A stretch of DNA of 64,000 nucleotides from assembly GCA_951406725.2 (NCBI GenBank), contig OX597834.1, positions 3,968,001 to 4,032,000 of the forward strand, written 5' to 3'. The stretch comes from Octopus vulgaris (Eukaryota). The notes below the pieces were generated by a model. The model did no database searches. It was not told the origin of the DNA and was given only the letters and a program-made list of their open reading frames with translations. The translations under genes and the position numbers were made by a program. Numbering within the stretch: position 1 is the first letter of the stretch; every line of letters starts with the position of its first letter. Shown here in pieces: positions 13,039 to 25,272 of this stretch.

Positions 13039-13146
13039 AAGTATATGATTTAACTTATTAAACAAAGTTCAACAAATTCAATCATATTTTACGTAAATGG
13101 AGGAGATTAAATGTTAAAATGGATGATCATTTTTTTTATTCATGTA

Positions 13147-13221
13147 GCTGTACAATCGTTTCATACAGAAAGACAAATTCATTTTAAGAATTTGAGATGT
13201 CAAAAAGTACTCGTCAGTAGC
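13147..13221 (-). ncRNA. type I hammerhead ribozyme motif, left arm (host-transcript orientation)
   Basis: GCTA-CTGACGA-GTAC..GAC..AAATTC-TTAAAAT-GAATTT-GTC..GTAT-GAAAC-GATT-GTA-CAGC; core intact, one mismatch at the first stem I pair. Confidence 0.7.
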
Positions 13222-13428
13222 CAAAAAATAAGAAAAAAGCTAATAAAACTTTAGGATTACACAGGTATGGTGTTCTTACTCATTTTTGTAATGTGTTATT
13301 GTTCTTGGAATCATGTCTGTTTAAAACAAGTCTTGTTTTAAATAGACACGACTCCAAGAACAAAACTGAGTAAGAACATCATACTTATGTAATCCTAAAG
13401 TTTTATTAGCTTTTTTTTTCTTATTTTT

Positions 13429-13508
13429 GCTACTGATGAGTACTTTGGCTACTGACTCAGATTCTTAAAATGAATTTATTGTCTTTCTGTATGAAACGAT
13501 TGTATAGC
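13429..13508 (+). ncRNA. type I hammerhead ribozyme motif, right arm, intact core
   Basis: GCTA-CTGATGA-GTAC...GTAT-GAAAC-GATT-GTA-TAGC; stem I GCTA/TAGC, long stem II, predicted cleavage after GUA at 13504. Confidence 0.75.
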
Positions 13509-13657
13509 TACATGAATAAAAAAAAAATCATCCATATTAACATTTAATCTTCTCCAAAGTAAAGTATGAAGAAACAACGTCAGAAATCTTTTGGAAACTA
13601 CTCCAATTAAAGGAACGAATTCACATTCAGCCTTTCAAAATATATATATATTAACTC

Positions 13658-13706
<49 letters not shown>

Positions 13707-13707
<1 letters not shown>

Positions 13708-13872
13708 CATCGCCATTTAACATCCAACTTTTATGCTGGCATGAGTTAGATGATTCAAGAACTGAGTCTACTGTCTACTTCGACATTGTTTCTATGACCA
13801 GATATTCTTCCCAATGTCAGTGACTTTAGAGATGGCACTGGATGCTTTCTTTCTTGTGGTGCCAGCACTGGG
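13707..13872 (-). mobile_element. repeat family C, diverged antisense copy
   Basis: ATCATC..TTTAACATCC..CATGAGTTAGA..GATATTCTTCCCAATG matches the reverse complement of the 12863-13038 copy. Confidence 0.65.
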
Positions 13873-14519
13873 CCACCAAATTATCCCTCCTTCTCCACCA
13901 CGACACCTCTTTCTCTTTCTCTCATCCTTTCTTTGACTCCTGTATTCCGCTGCTCTTCACCTTCTCTGTACTGGCTGTCATCACTTACTCTCCTCTAACT
14001 TCACTCCAACTCATACTCAACATTGACCCCTCCTCCTCTACCCTTGTTCACCATTCACCATCCCACCCTTCAACTCTAACCGTCCCTCGCTGGCACCCAA
14101 CATTCTTACAGCCCTTACCCACACACCCACCCTTCCTGTTTTCTGTCCTCGCTCTCTCTTCTGTTCACCTTCCAGCACCCTGAAAGCTCACACTTTCAAG
14201 CACCTGGATAACTCCCACCTGCTCATTAAACAAGGAAGCTGTGCATCTTCTCTACAGCAAGACACTTGTCCCACCCCTTTCACATTTTAGCTCTCAACAC
14301 CCAACGAAAAACTTCTTCCCTCTCTACTGTAGTCCTGCTCAGTTGAGATGGATCATAATCTTGTGAGCTCCATGGCAACCTCACATCTCACTACCATGTA
14401 GCACTGCAGCTCTCTAAACTTTCTCCAGTATATTCTAACTCTGGTTACAATCTTCCAGAGCATCTTCCTCCACTGCTAATTAGGCCACCTAGATAACAAC
14501 CTCCCACCTCATAACTATC

Positions 14520-14800
14520 TGCCACATGTTCAGGTACGGACAGGTCTTGTCTCCAGCAAGATCATCCTACCAGGGCTTTACTCTCATTCAGCGCATTAGC
14601 TGCAGGCTGGAAAAGGCCTCATTGCGAGCCTTGGATGTGATTGGGGAAGATCTCCAGAGGCTCGACATCACTTTGGAGGATGCAGAGGGGCTAGCAGGGG
14701 ACTGCCAGCGATGGAGAGCACTGGTGGTCCTAGTCAGCTCTACGCATGATGATGTCACTGGGACCACTACCTTGGAATGACCCCAGCCACATCAAGCAAG
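14520..14800 (+). mobile_element. RTE-like LINE C-terminal fragment
   Basis: ORF 14526-14780 peptide LDVIGEDLQRLDITLEDAEGLAGDCQRWRALV is typical of the RTE C-terminus. Confidence 0.6.
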
Positions 14801-16873
14801 AGTATGAAGCCAAGCCAAGCTAAGATAACAAAAGCTATCTACGACCTCTAAAGATCCTCCTGGGTGTTTGAGAACATTTATTTCCGGCATGTTCTTAATA
14901 TTCATTAGGAACATTTTGTGCATGTACCACATACAAAGTCTATTTTCTTGTTTGTCAACATGTCAATAATATTACTTGCCATCAAAGTGCAACGCAATGG
15001 GACAAGACCCAAAGCCATGTGGTTGGGAAGCGAAGTTCTTAACCACACAGCCATGTCTGCACAGCTCTCTCACTCTCACTCACTCTATATATATATATAT
15101 ATGCAAAGTCTGCCAAAAAAAAAAAAAAAAATGTATACACACATCAGGAATGGAAAAAATCTGTATAAATGTTTAACTTGTATAAATACCTCTATAAATA
15201 TAGACAACTCTTTGGATGTTTTATCAAATTGTGATAACACTGAATAAACTGCAACAATATTGAATTAAAATATTCATGAAGATTTTTCCTTTCCTGAAGT
15301 GTATATACATTTTTTTGGCAAACTCTGTGTATATATATATATATACATACATACAAACACAATCACATATATACATGCACAAATAGACAACCTGTAGAAA
15401 GAGCCAAACACACTTTCAGGTTCTCCTAGATGGGTGAGGCGGATGTTGTTTGAACTGTTGCAGAATTACCTGCCCGCAGGAAAAATAAGAACAGGGTGCC
15501 TGAGTGGTGGAGGGGCAAGACCAGCCAGCTCCAAGGGCCAAAAGTCATTACGGTAGGAATAAAAAAAAGACACACATGGAAGAAACACGCCACACTCAAG
15601 ACATTTTTTTTCTTTCAAAATATTAATAAATATAATTAAAAAAAAAACTTGGTTAGAAAATCAAGCTAATTAGCAGATTAAATTAACAACTCTTTACATC
15701 TGTGCAAGGTTACAAATTTTTCCAGGTAACTGCTAATTAAAGTCTATCCTTCTATCTTAAAAGATAAAGTCAGCCAATTGCAATATGTGAACACTAGATT
15801 GTTAATAAATACCACTAGGTATGATCCCTCTATTGATTCTGCCATCTTCAATAAAAATCCTGATAACGATGAAGAATGATATTCAGGACGGACACCAAAA
15901 TAGCATTTGAGACCAGGCCCCTTGAGAACCTCCCCACTCCCCTACAGTCTTTATCACAGTTGTAGTTAACAGCCACACAAGCTCACAAGTTAACCCAGTA
16001 CACTTCTGTTATTTTGTTTTATTATCAAAGATGGATGGTGTTGATTCCGGCAGGATTTGAACTTACAAACTTTAGAGAGAGACGACTAACAGACTCCGCA
16101 TCGTTTATCTAACTACCTCACCTTTTAGTTACTACTCCACTGGCCATTCTCAAAACAATGGTGATAATGATAATAATTGATAAAGTAGAGCCCAAAATTT
16201 TGTAATGGAGTATGATAGAATGAAACAATCCTTTACATTACAGATACACACTGAGGTCGGGGGGGGGGGGTCAACCAAAGAATCTGTCCTGCATCTCAAA
16301 GAGGGAAAAAGAAGGAAGCAAACTCAAATAACAAACATAAAATATCTAATATGGCTCTCATTCTGTCATTTCATACCAAAAAAAAAAACAAAAAAAACCT
16401 TTCTTAGGAAATAAAAATATGAAATTATCATTATTGTTGTTGTTGTTGTAGTAGTAGGATATATAATTATGCCGATTTTGTCTAATTAAATATGGGAACC
16501 ATAAAAGCAGGGAAAACAAAACAAAAAAATGGAAAAATAAATTTCTTCTGAGTTTGATTAATTTGATATTTTCAAATAAAATAACTAAAAGTTGGGTTTG
16601 TGTAAAAAAAAACCTTAATATCTTTTATGTTCTACACCCATATTTTAGACATGCTTCCCTCACTCATTTAGTAGGGTTTTACAAGATCACAGGATTTAAT
16701 TCCCCATTATTCAACTGCACAAGCTCTTGTCACACCAGCATAATGTATTATGTTAAATGTGTGTGAGTGTGTGCACATGTGCATATGTTTTGACGCATAT
16801 GCTGAGAGAAGCACACATCAAAGGCATTGTGGATGACAATGACAAAACCAAAAATGCTTCATTTAAGCATTAC

Positions 16874-17584
16874 TTACCAAGAACTTTCGCCAGATATTGT
16901 AGTTAACTCCACTTTGTCTTTATTATCCAAGTTATTGTCAACTAAACTACCAATGGCAGACTCACTGCTCAGTTCCACAGATCTACCAGTTCCGTTCACG
17001 TCTACTATCTGCGGTGTCTTTGTACTGCCATTCGAATCAGCGAAACCTGAGTCGTCCATACCAACAGACTGATCAAAAGAAACGGATAATCTATTATTCT
17101 GAGATTTATCTTTGTCCACGAGGCTGTTTTCGGCTAGGTTGACCTCTGCATTCGTATCAACATCATTCTTCTGTCTGCTAATGTCCTTCGAAGATGTGCT
17201 GTCTTCAGCAAAGGGTTGATCCAAGCTCTCTTGGCTGGAAGCCAGCTTCTCTGATGAATCTGTCTTTAATAACCTGTTGCCTAGGTTTGTCTTGCTTTTA
17301 CCAAGGATATTCTGCAGAATTGGTGACTTGAATTTTGCACTGGATTCCCCACTGGAATCATCCGACCGTTTGTCCATCAACTGTTTCAAGAGTGGAGACT
17401 TGAATTTCGCAGCTGTCCGATCTTCTTCCATATTTTGCATGTCCTCTTGAGACGAAGCCTTCTTCATGTCGTTTGCAACGAGAGTTGTAGAAGCTTCCTC
17501 TTGGCGCTCATCAGGTGAAAGTTCGGTTGATGAGTTGCTGCTTCGGCTTGGGGAACTCTGAGCAGATTTTGTTGAGGATTCAAC
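16874..17584 (-). CDS. MAP7: MAP7/ensconsin-family protein, large Ser/acidic C-terminal exon
   Basis: Acceptor ttttgttttacaag|GTT, phase 0; open 236-codon frame VESSTKS...SGESSW with a duplicated AKFKSP motif; ends either at TAA 16874-16876 or at the donor TG|GTAAGT after 16878. Confidence 0.85.
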   Translation of the reverse strand, partial: VESSTKSAQSSPSRSSNSSTELSPDERQEEASTTLVANDMKKASSQEDMQNMEEDRTAAKFKSPLLKQLMDKRSDDSSGESSAKFKSPILQNILGKSKTNLGNRLLKTDSSEKLASSQESLDQPFAEDSTSSKDISRQKNDVDTNAEVNLAENSLVDKDKSQNNRLSVSFDQSVGMDDSGFADSNGSTKTPQIVDVNGTGRSVELSSESAIGSLVDNNLDNKDKVELTTISGESSW

Positions 17585-18689
17585 CTTGTAAAACAAAAAA
17601 AAAAAAAGAAATTAAATTTAAAAAGAAGCAAAAAAAATGTATTTCTCAATTATGGAACACAGTCAGGTGTTGTTGGAAAAATGTATAATCACCTGCACAT
17701 AACCTGCTATATTAATTCTGCTGATTAAAAAGCCTAATATAGAACTCACAATATCGTCATTTTGACAGTTTTTCCAGGTTGGTGTGGGTTGGAAGTGTAT
17801 TCGTTCAGTAAATCACGAATCATCTTGACTGTCTTCTGTTAAGAGCAGCATTTTTTGATCTTTCTTTACTTCTTCTAAAATTTTTTTTTATTTTATCTAG
17901 TTTTTTATTTTATCTAGTTTCAGCTCACAAGCTGTGGCCATGCTGGGGCACCGCCATTTCTGATTTTTTTTTTTTTTTTTGTCTGAAACTCCTTTGGGGT
18001 TAAGGATACATTTCCACAACTATCACTAAAAAGCATCTATTTAGCAATCAATATACCCCAGCTCTTTATCCTGCTGAATTTAATATTTTTTTTCAATTTA
18101 AATTTCATAGAACATTTCTATTTCATTACTTTGTGCTTCGTTCTTCTTGCTTTGTTCATTAACTTACAGCAGCTGATGACTTTTACGATCTTAACACCCT
18201 GCCCCACTCCTTCCCCGATCAATCTGGTCTCTTTTGATGTCACCAATTTCATTAAACAGCTGCTGCACAATCAATTCTCCTAGTCTGTTCCTTTTAGCTC
18301 ACAACCTACATTCTACAATCGTGTACACGTGTCTCTAGCCCAGCGCATTTGAAGAGTACTACTGTTTTTATTTTAGAAATAAAGGTTTCTGTTTCAAATT
18401 TATTCCGACGCTATGTACATGGCTACAGAGGTGGGAGTAAGAAGTTCACTTAGCAACCACAGTTTTGGGTTCAGCTCATTGTATGTGTGTTACTCTCATA
18501 CCACTTGACAATCAGAGCTGGTTTCTTATGTCCGCCCTGACATAATGCTTCAAGAAAAAGGGTAATAGAAAACATACCAAACGTTGATTTGATTGACTAA
18601 ACCCTTCAGAGTGATGCCCCCAACAGGGCTGCAGCCCATATGAGAATAAGGCATCTGATGATGAGTGGAGATCAAACTCATTGAAATGC

Positions 18690-19085
18690 AGTGTAAATGT
18701 AAATATGAGGCTTACTGGCTTCCGTGCCAGTGGCACTTAAAAGGCACCATTCGAGCGTGATTGTTACCAGTGTCACCTTACTGGCGCTTCTGCCCCGTGC
18801 TAGTAGGGTGCTAAGAGCACCATCCGAGCGTGATCGTTGCCAGAGCGGCTAACTGGCTTCTGTGCCAGTGGCATGTAAGAGGCACCATTCGAGCGGCCCC
18901 CATGCTGGTGGCATGTAAAAGCACCCACTACTCTCTCGGAGTGGGTGGTGTTAGGAAGGGCATCCAGCTGTAGAAACTCTGCCAGATCAAGATTGGAGCC
19001 TGGTGCAGCCATCTGGCTCGCCAGCCCTCAGTCAAACCGTCCAACCCATGCTAGCATGGAAAACGGACGTTAAACGATGATGATT
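18690..19085 (+). mobile_element. repeat family C with internal tandem units
   Basis: Repeated CTGGCTTC.GTGCCAGTGGCA..TAA.AGGCACCATTCGAGCG blocks and a (TGA)n tail. Confidence 0.8.
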
Positions 19086-19196
19086 GTTCTTCATATCCAA
19101 TAAACCATAAAAATACATAGACTAGTGTTCTCAACACAGATACACATTTTTTGAGGTCGGTGAGTGTAAGAGAGATAGATAAAGCAGAAAACTCAC

Positions 19197-19256
19197 TTTT
19201 ACTGTATCAACTACATTTGGTTCGGTTTTCACCCGTTTCATTATCATCTCAAGGCG
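19197..19256 (-). CDS. MAP7: MAP7-family exon RLEMIMKRVKTEPNVVDTVK (end of MAP7 domain)
   Basis: ttctttgtctccag| ... |gtgagt, 60 nt, phase 0-0; completes the RKKRLExIMKR signature; not in the ORF track. Confidence 0.92.
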
Positions 19257-19559
19257 CTGGAGACAAAGAACGAAAGACAAACACGTGAATAAACAGACAA
19301 CAAATCCAATTATTTCCTTAAATTATTTAATTTTCAAGAACTGATTTACTTCAGTTGTTTTTTTTCTTTATTAAATGGGGTTTTGTAATATCAGACTTTA
19401 AAGAAAAAGAGAGATGAACCTAATTCCTGAATCGACAAAACTGCACAGACAACAACTTAAGCATTGAGCCAAACATCAGACCGTTCTTCCTCAGTTCATT
19501 CCACAGTTTCAGATATTTGCTGACAGAACATTATTAATTTCTTTGGATTCCACAGTTTT

Positions 19560-22480
19560 ACATGGTTAGACAAGAATGGAATATCTATTTCGTACTCATA
19601 GCAAAATATGTATGCACAATACAGGAGGCAAAGAGAGGGGAGATGGTTAGAAAAAGGAGAAAATTGAGAAATTGTTTAAAAAAACGGGAAAAGAATTGCA
19701 CTACTCGTGACCTTTGCAAACTCTACCAAGTCACAAATTTGTACGATTGAAGCAGATGATGTTCAGTTTGGAAATGTGAAGGTCGGAGTCTGCCAGAAAA
19801 ATTTGGAAGGGGTTAGGGTTTTATCAAGAGCGGCAGTTTTGAGAAGGAAAGACTGCAAGAGTAATTAGTGAGACACAGTAGCATGTTGAAAGGAAAGAGA
19901 TATGGCACGAAGGGCCTGAGAAAAGAGTGTGAAGTTAACTGGTTTTGAGCTTGTAATAGAAGTGAAAGAGAGAAACAGAGGATATTGTATTAATAATAAT
20001 AATAATAATAATTGTGTACAGTGCTCAGGTGCACTACAACTCATCTAAAGTGTATATATAATCAGGTGAAGTTTCGGCGGATTTCGGAAAGCATGAGGGC
20101 CTTAAAAGATGCAGTGTCATGGCAGTCAACAACTGACGCAGGCAGTTTATTCCATGCTTCAGCAACTCTGAGCGTGAAAAAATGTTTCCAAAAGTCATGG
20201 GAGCTGTATTGTTTTCTGACTTTGTAGGCATGTCCACGTGTGTTAGACACATGGAGATCAAAAAGGTGTTCAGTGTTGTTGTTGGTGAGGTGGTTGATAA
20301 CTTTGTGGGTGTTTACCAAGTCCGTCGCCAAACGCCGGAGCTTCAGTGAATGGCTGCATGCTAATGATTGTAGTATATCTATTGATTAAGGAGTCTTTGT
20401 TAGTCAGTCTTCTTTAAAAGCAATTTGGGATGCTTGTGTTTGTAGAAGCAGCACCGTGTATGCCAGCGGTAGTTCGATCTGAGCTGTAATTTACATGTGT
20501 TTCATAGAGGACTAACAAATAGTCAGAGCGAAAGACTTTGCTGATGTCAAAGTACAATAATATTGCTTTTGCACAAGATAGATCTGGCTTTCCGAAAGCT
20601 ATATTGATGATTACTAAAGTGGGAGAAAGAGAGATCCAAGGTAACTGAAGATGTGATTGTTAACAAACTTTTCCCCAATATCAACTGAATTGTTGGAAGT
20701 GAGTGCAATAAGTTGGTAGTAAACAGAGTCAAAAGGCTTCCTTCTGAGTTGAAAGTAATGTGAGACACTACAACATGTTTTCTTACAGTGGGAGAGATCC
20801 AGCAGATAGAATAAGAGTCTGACAGTGAGAAGCTAGCTTTGATGTGGACTGTTAGAGAGTGATGAAGGGGTTGATATAAGGACCAGTTACCTTGCAGAGT
20901 TAGACTGATTGGAAGTGGTTTCCATGCGGTAGCTATGTCTATCAGTGATGAGACTATAGGTGTAAAAGAGGAGAGTGTGAGAACATAGTTGGCAGTCATC
21001 TTCACTGAGAAATGAATCAAAAGAAGATTATGGAAAGTGGTAGAATCCCTCTTGGCAAGGAACCAGAAGGCTCTGCTGCAATTTGGGAAGCAAGAGTTTC
21101 AAACCATGTGATACATGAAGGCACCGTTTGCTCGTTTGATGACAGCCTTACAGGCATTGTGCTGCAGGTGAAAAACCTCCAGGTGTTACAGGTAATGTCA
21201 TTGCTCATATAGATGCAGCACAGAGTTCAGAGGCTTTACTTGTCTGCATTGGTCACAGTCTAATATTTATGCTATAACTGATGCAAAAGGCTAACTGTAT
21301 CATCATGACTGTGGATATGCGTGAAGGATCTCCAGATCTGGCCAAGTGGATGCCAGCAACACCAATGGCACAGAGCCATGGTGGCTGCCAAACACTGTTT
21401 CCCAGCTTCTGCCGCATGTACAGGTATATCTAGATCTGAAACAGCTTGGCTGTCAGAATGATGCTGACAGGATTCTGGCCAGTTAGTGGACTTGAAATGC
21501 TAAGGAAACTAAAGAGAGGAATGCAATAGGAAGAAATGTAGTGTGAAGTTTTAATTCAGCTGCGATCAAGATGTGTGCAGGGATGGTGACGGGCAGGTTT
21601 GGGAAATGAAAAAGATCGACGATACTTTGAGAGCAAATGTATATGTCAGGGATATGGGTAGCTTGGGATACAAACTGGTGTGGGTAATTAAGAATGGGAA
21701 ATGATGCAACGTTTACATCCACGATGTTGGTATGGGAGGTGTGCATATTGAAGTCAGCAAGGATGATAACTTCAGAGAGAGAATCAATAAGAGAGATATT
21801 TTCAATGCAGGATATGAGATAGTCATATTGTTGGAGTATTTTGGAGTTTGTAGATACAGCAGAGGACTTAATGAAGAGAACCAGTGTAACCGAAATCACT
21901 TTTTGCTAAAATTCAGGGAAGAGACTTGAATAAAGGGAAGAGTGAATTCTACGTGGGTCCAGGTGCCACCTTTTGGAGAAAAGATAATACACAGAATATA
22001 GCTTCAATAGTAAAAATGGGTTAGAATTAGAGGTTCCAGAGAAGAATGCATGATTTACCTTTTAGCAAGAGGTGGTTGGGGAAGATTCACATACGTTTGT
22101 GTAGCGAATACAGCCATCGTCCATGTATTTATTGCCATTTAATATAATTGTTTTATGTTTATAGAAGGGAGTGGAAAGAAGAAACCCTATTTTGTAAATT
22201 GCAGTTAAATATTAGATCAGTTTTTGGAAAAAGCTCACTGGAAGTCAGTGACAGTAGGTGGATCTCTCAAAATCTTGTGCTTGCTTTAGTACCAGTCATG
22301 AACTGGGGTAGCTACCCACAAGGCTATTTCTACCTCCTCTGGTGATGAACCTCTGCAGGAAAACTTATTCCATCTGTACCCTGTGACAAACAGAGACACA
22401 ACACAAGAGAAAGTCATTGGTGACTTGATGTTCACGAAAACAGCCATTAGTCCTCAAACCAGTGGTTGAATGTTTACAAC
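19560..22480 (-). mobile_element. old degenerate CR1/Crack-like LINE
   Basis: APE-like ILADFNMH and ATHIPD in ORF 21483-21899; fragmentary downstream frames with many stops. Confidence 0.55.
19988..20345 (-). mobile_element. younger CR1-like LINE 3' end nested in the older LINE
   Basis: TRGHAYKV...FFTLRVAEAWNKLPASVV C-terminal motif and (TTA)n tail; second copy at 30615. Confidence 0.85.
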
Positions 22481-23054
22481 AGAATAAACTCTGCTAAAGA
22501 TACCCACAGACACTTATTCTGAGTCAATCAATTGCCGAGTTTAATATGACCACCTGGCCCTCAAGAGACTTTTGGACACGTCTGTTAGAAGCGAATCGTG
22601 TCCAGTTTTAGGATAACTCATGAGTTATGGCTGCTCTTCCCTTTTCCCCGACAATGAAGTCATGGGAGCTACTCTTTCTTTTTATGATTAAACTAATCAA
22701 AAGAATGGGTCATGAAGGATGAAGGGCAAGGTCAGATCTGTTGGATTAATAAAATGAGTTTCTTATTTAGATACAAGTCCGGAGGGATTACGGTGAGGGG
22801 AAAGAGATGATCTTCTCATTGGTATTTGCGGCAGAAGTTAAGTAACTAGACTTGAACGAGAATTAAAACCATTACTATTCTCTACAGAACAAAATCCTGA
22901 AATGAGTTTGGAACAGTTCCTAGAAACATAATGATGATATTTAACACCAGGTTGATAGTCTGGAGATATTAAGCCAGAACCAGATGACAATTCAAAATGT
23001 AGATATGAAACAACAAGTCTTTGGAAAATAAAAAAACACAACAAGAGGCCATAC

Positions 23055-23159
23055 CTTCTTTCTGGCTAGCCTTTCTTCTTCTTCTTTCTTGGCTCTTTCT
23101 ACACGCTCCTTTTCAAGGCGTTCAGCCTCTTCCTTGGCTTTCCTCTCAGCTTCTTCTTT
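23055..23159 (-). CDS. MAP7: MAP7-domain exon KEEAERKAKEEAERLEKERVERAKKEEEERLARKK
   Basis: attttgtag| ... |gtatgg, 105 nt, phase 0-0; not in the ORF track. Confidence 0.93.
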
Positions 23160-23264
23160 CTACAAAATAATATATATAACTTTTAGTAGACACAAACCAG
23201 AGATAGGAATTGAAGAGATGTGGAGAGACATTGGTCAGCAGAATACTGTTTATTTATGACTCCT

Positions 23265-23410
23265 ATGAATTTAAGAGTCAATATACTGGAGTCACTACCA
23301 GAACTAGAGAAGTTTCAGGGGTTGAAGCAAGGTCTAGAATCAAAGGGCCTTAGAGTCACTCTAGCAAAAACCAAAGTTTTAGTAAGTGGGAAGGAAGACA
23401 AATCTCTTCA
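23265..23410 (+). mobile_element. RTE-like reverse transcriptase fragment
   Basis: KFQGLKQGLESKGLRVTLAKTKVLVS resembles the RT segment GLKVNxxKTKVM. Confidence 0.65.
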
Positions 23411-23759
23411 GTAAAACCATTTTTTAATGCCCTGTTAGTGATGGAAGTTTCCCTTATCATCATTTGAGGATAATTTAGAAATTCCTACTGAGTATTTATA
23501 TTCTTTCTTTTTCTTTTTTTCTTTTACTTGTTTAAGTCATTTGACTGTGCCCTTGTAACTTTGTAATAAATGTAATTCCTAAACTGAATCCACATAACAC
23601 AGCACTTGACAAGACCAGTCTTTTGAATTATGGTTGCTATTTTCTGGTGGGATTTGGCTTACCCCAACTTTATTTACATCATATAGGTTGACACATATTT
23701 TGGGAGTAAAAAGTAAAACATTAAAAAAAAGTGAGTAAAAAGTATCACAAAAGAATATC

Positions 23760-24450
23760 AAATTCCTAAAGGAAGGTGACAAGGCTCCCAAGGCCAAAGC
23801 AATGACAGGGGACCCATTTTCTGTTTTGCCTTCAGCCCCAGACTGGGAGATGCAAGTGGACCTGAAGGGTAGACTTGTCTTCCCACCAGAGGAGATAGTA
23901 GTAAGATCACTCCAACCAGACATGCTTCTGCTCTCCATAAGTATGGAAACAATAATCATTGTCAAATTCACAGAACTCTCAGAGGACAGACTCGTTATTT
24001 CCTACCAGGTAAAGAAACCAGATATCAGGTCTTAGCTCTCTGTCAAGGGATGGCATGCAGCCTCGTATCCCATGGAAGTCAGCTGCTGTGACTTTTCAGC
24101 TAGATCAGCCGGTGGCACGTAAAAAGCACCAACCGATCGTGGCCGTTGTCAGCCTTGCCTGGCACCTGTGCCAGTGGCACGTAAAAAGCACCCACTACAC
24201 TCATGGAGTGGTTGGCGTTAGGAAGGGCATCCAGCTGTAGAAACACTGCCAGATCAGGCTGTAGCCTGGTGCAGCCTCCTGGCTTCCCAGATCCCCGGCC
24301 AAACCGTCCAACGATGATGATGATGGTGATCAGCATGCTATTTCCTGCAGAAGATAGGTCTGAAATACAAACAACTGAAGGAAGCCATATAAGGAGATAG
24401 GCAAAGCAGCTGAATCCAGCTCAAGATTAACTATGATTGATAAGACCAGA
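23760..24450 (+). mobile_element. HERO-like non-LTR retrotransposon 3' fragment (restriction-like endonuclease), split by a family C repeat
   Basis: DWEMQVDLKGRLVFPPEEIVVRSLQPDMLL then GWHAASYPMEVSC match HERO RLE motifs DW.L.VDL...FP..I....RPD and GW....P.EVG. Confidence 0.7.
24106..24325 (+). mobile_element. repeat family C
   Basis: Same core and (TGA)n tail as the copy at 12661. Confidence 0.85.
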
Positions 24451-24814
24451 CGTGGAATCTTTTTGCAGGTAAAGACTGGTTCAATCCCTTGCTGTCCCAC
24501 TCAGGCAAAGCATACAGGCTAAGGGGTAAAATTCTTCTGACCCTGAGATATCTGATGCTATGGAAGGGTTTCCAGCATTGCAATGGACTTAGAAGAGCTG
24601 GCAAAACCTCTAAGCAGCCCTTGCAGCTTCTGCATTGGGCAAAGGGTCTCTGAGGTTTATATTTCATCTCACTTTGCTCAACATGTCCTGTAGTGGTGGT
24701 ATGACTGTGAAGCAGGTTTCTTAATTTCCCCAGGTAAGCCTACATCCACAGGTGGGATTTGCTTTAACTCCTACAAAATGTCAATCCAAAAGAATGCAAG
24801 CTCGTTGATATATA

Positions 24815-25016
24815 CTCTTTTCTCTTCTACATGTTTCAGTCATTTGACTGCGGCCATGCTGGAGCACCGCCTTTAGTCGAGCAAATCAACCCCAGGACTT
24901 ATTCTTCGTAAGCCCAGTACTTATTCTATCAGTATCTTTTGCCGAACCGCTAAGTGACAGGGACGTAAACACACCAATAAAGGGGGACAAACACAGACAC
25001 ACAAACATACACACAC

Positions 25017-25047
<31 letters not shown>

Positions 25048-25210
25048 CGACATGCTTCTTTCAGTTTCCGTCTACTAAATCCACTCACAAGGCTTTGGTC
25101 GGCTCGGGGCTATAGCAGAAGACATTTGCCCAAGATGCCACGCAGTGGGACTGAACCCGGAACCATGTGGTTGGTTAGCAAGCTACTTACCACACAGCCA
25201 CTCCTGCGCT
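24815..25210 (-). mobile_element. SINE family B, near full length, about 60 nt from a splice donor
   Basis: Near identical to 8349-8764. Confidence 0.85.
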
Positions 25211-25272
25211 TATATATATATATATATATACATACATATATTATACGATATGTGTAGAAATTCAATATTTAC

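Larger units (their letters stand above)
13098..13556. mobile_element. ~460 bp head-to-head fold-back element with a hammerhead motif in each arm
   Basis: Near-perfect palindrome centred at 13331 (AAACAAG-T-CTTGTTT); possible 7-bp TSD ACGTAAA/AAGTAAA. Confidence 0.85.

Noticed and set aside
18220-18260. PLE RT motif LVSFDVTNF
   Set aside because: Single short motif with no supporting downstream RT motifs
18715-18930. CRISPR-like repeated units
   Set aside because: Degenerate internal tandem units of a eukaryotic SINE-like family; no unique spacers and no cas genes
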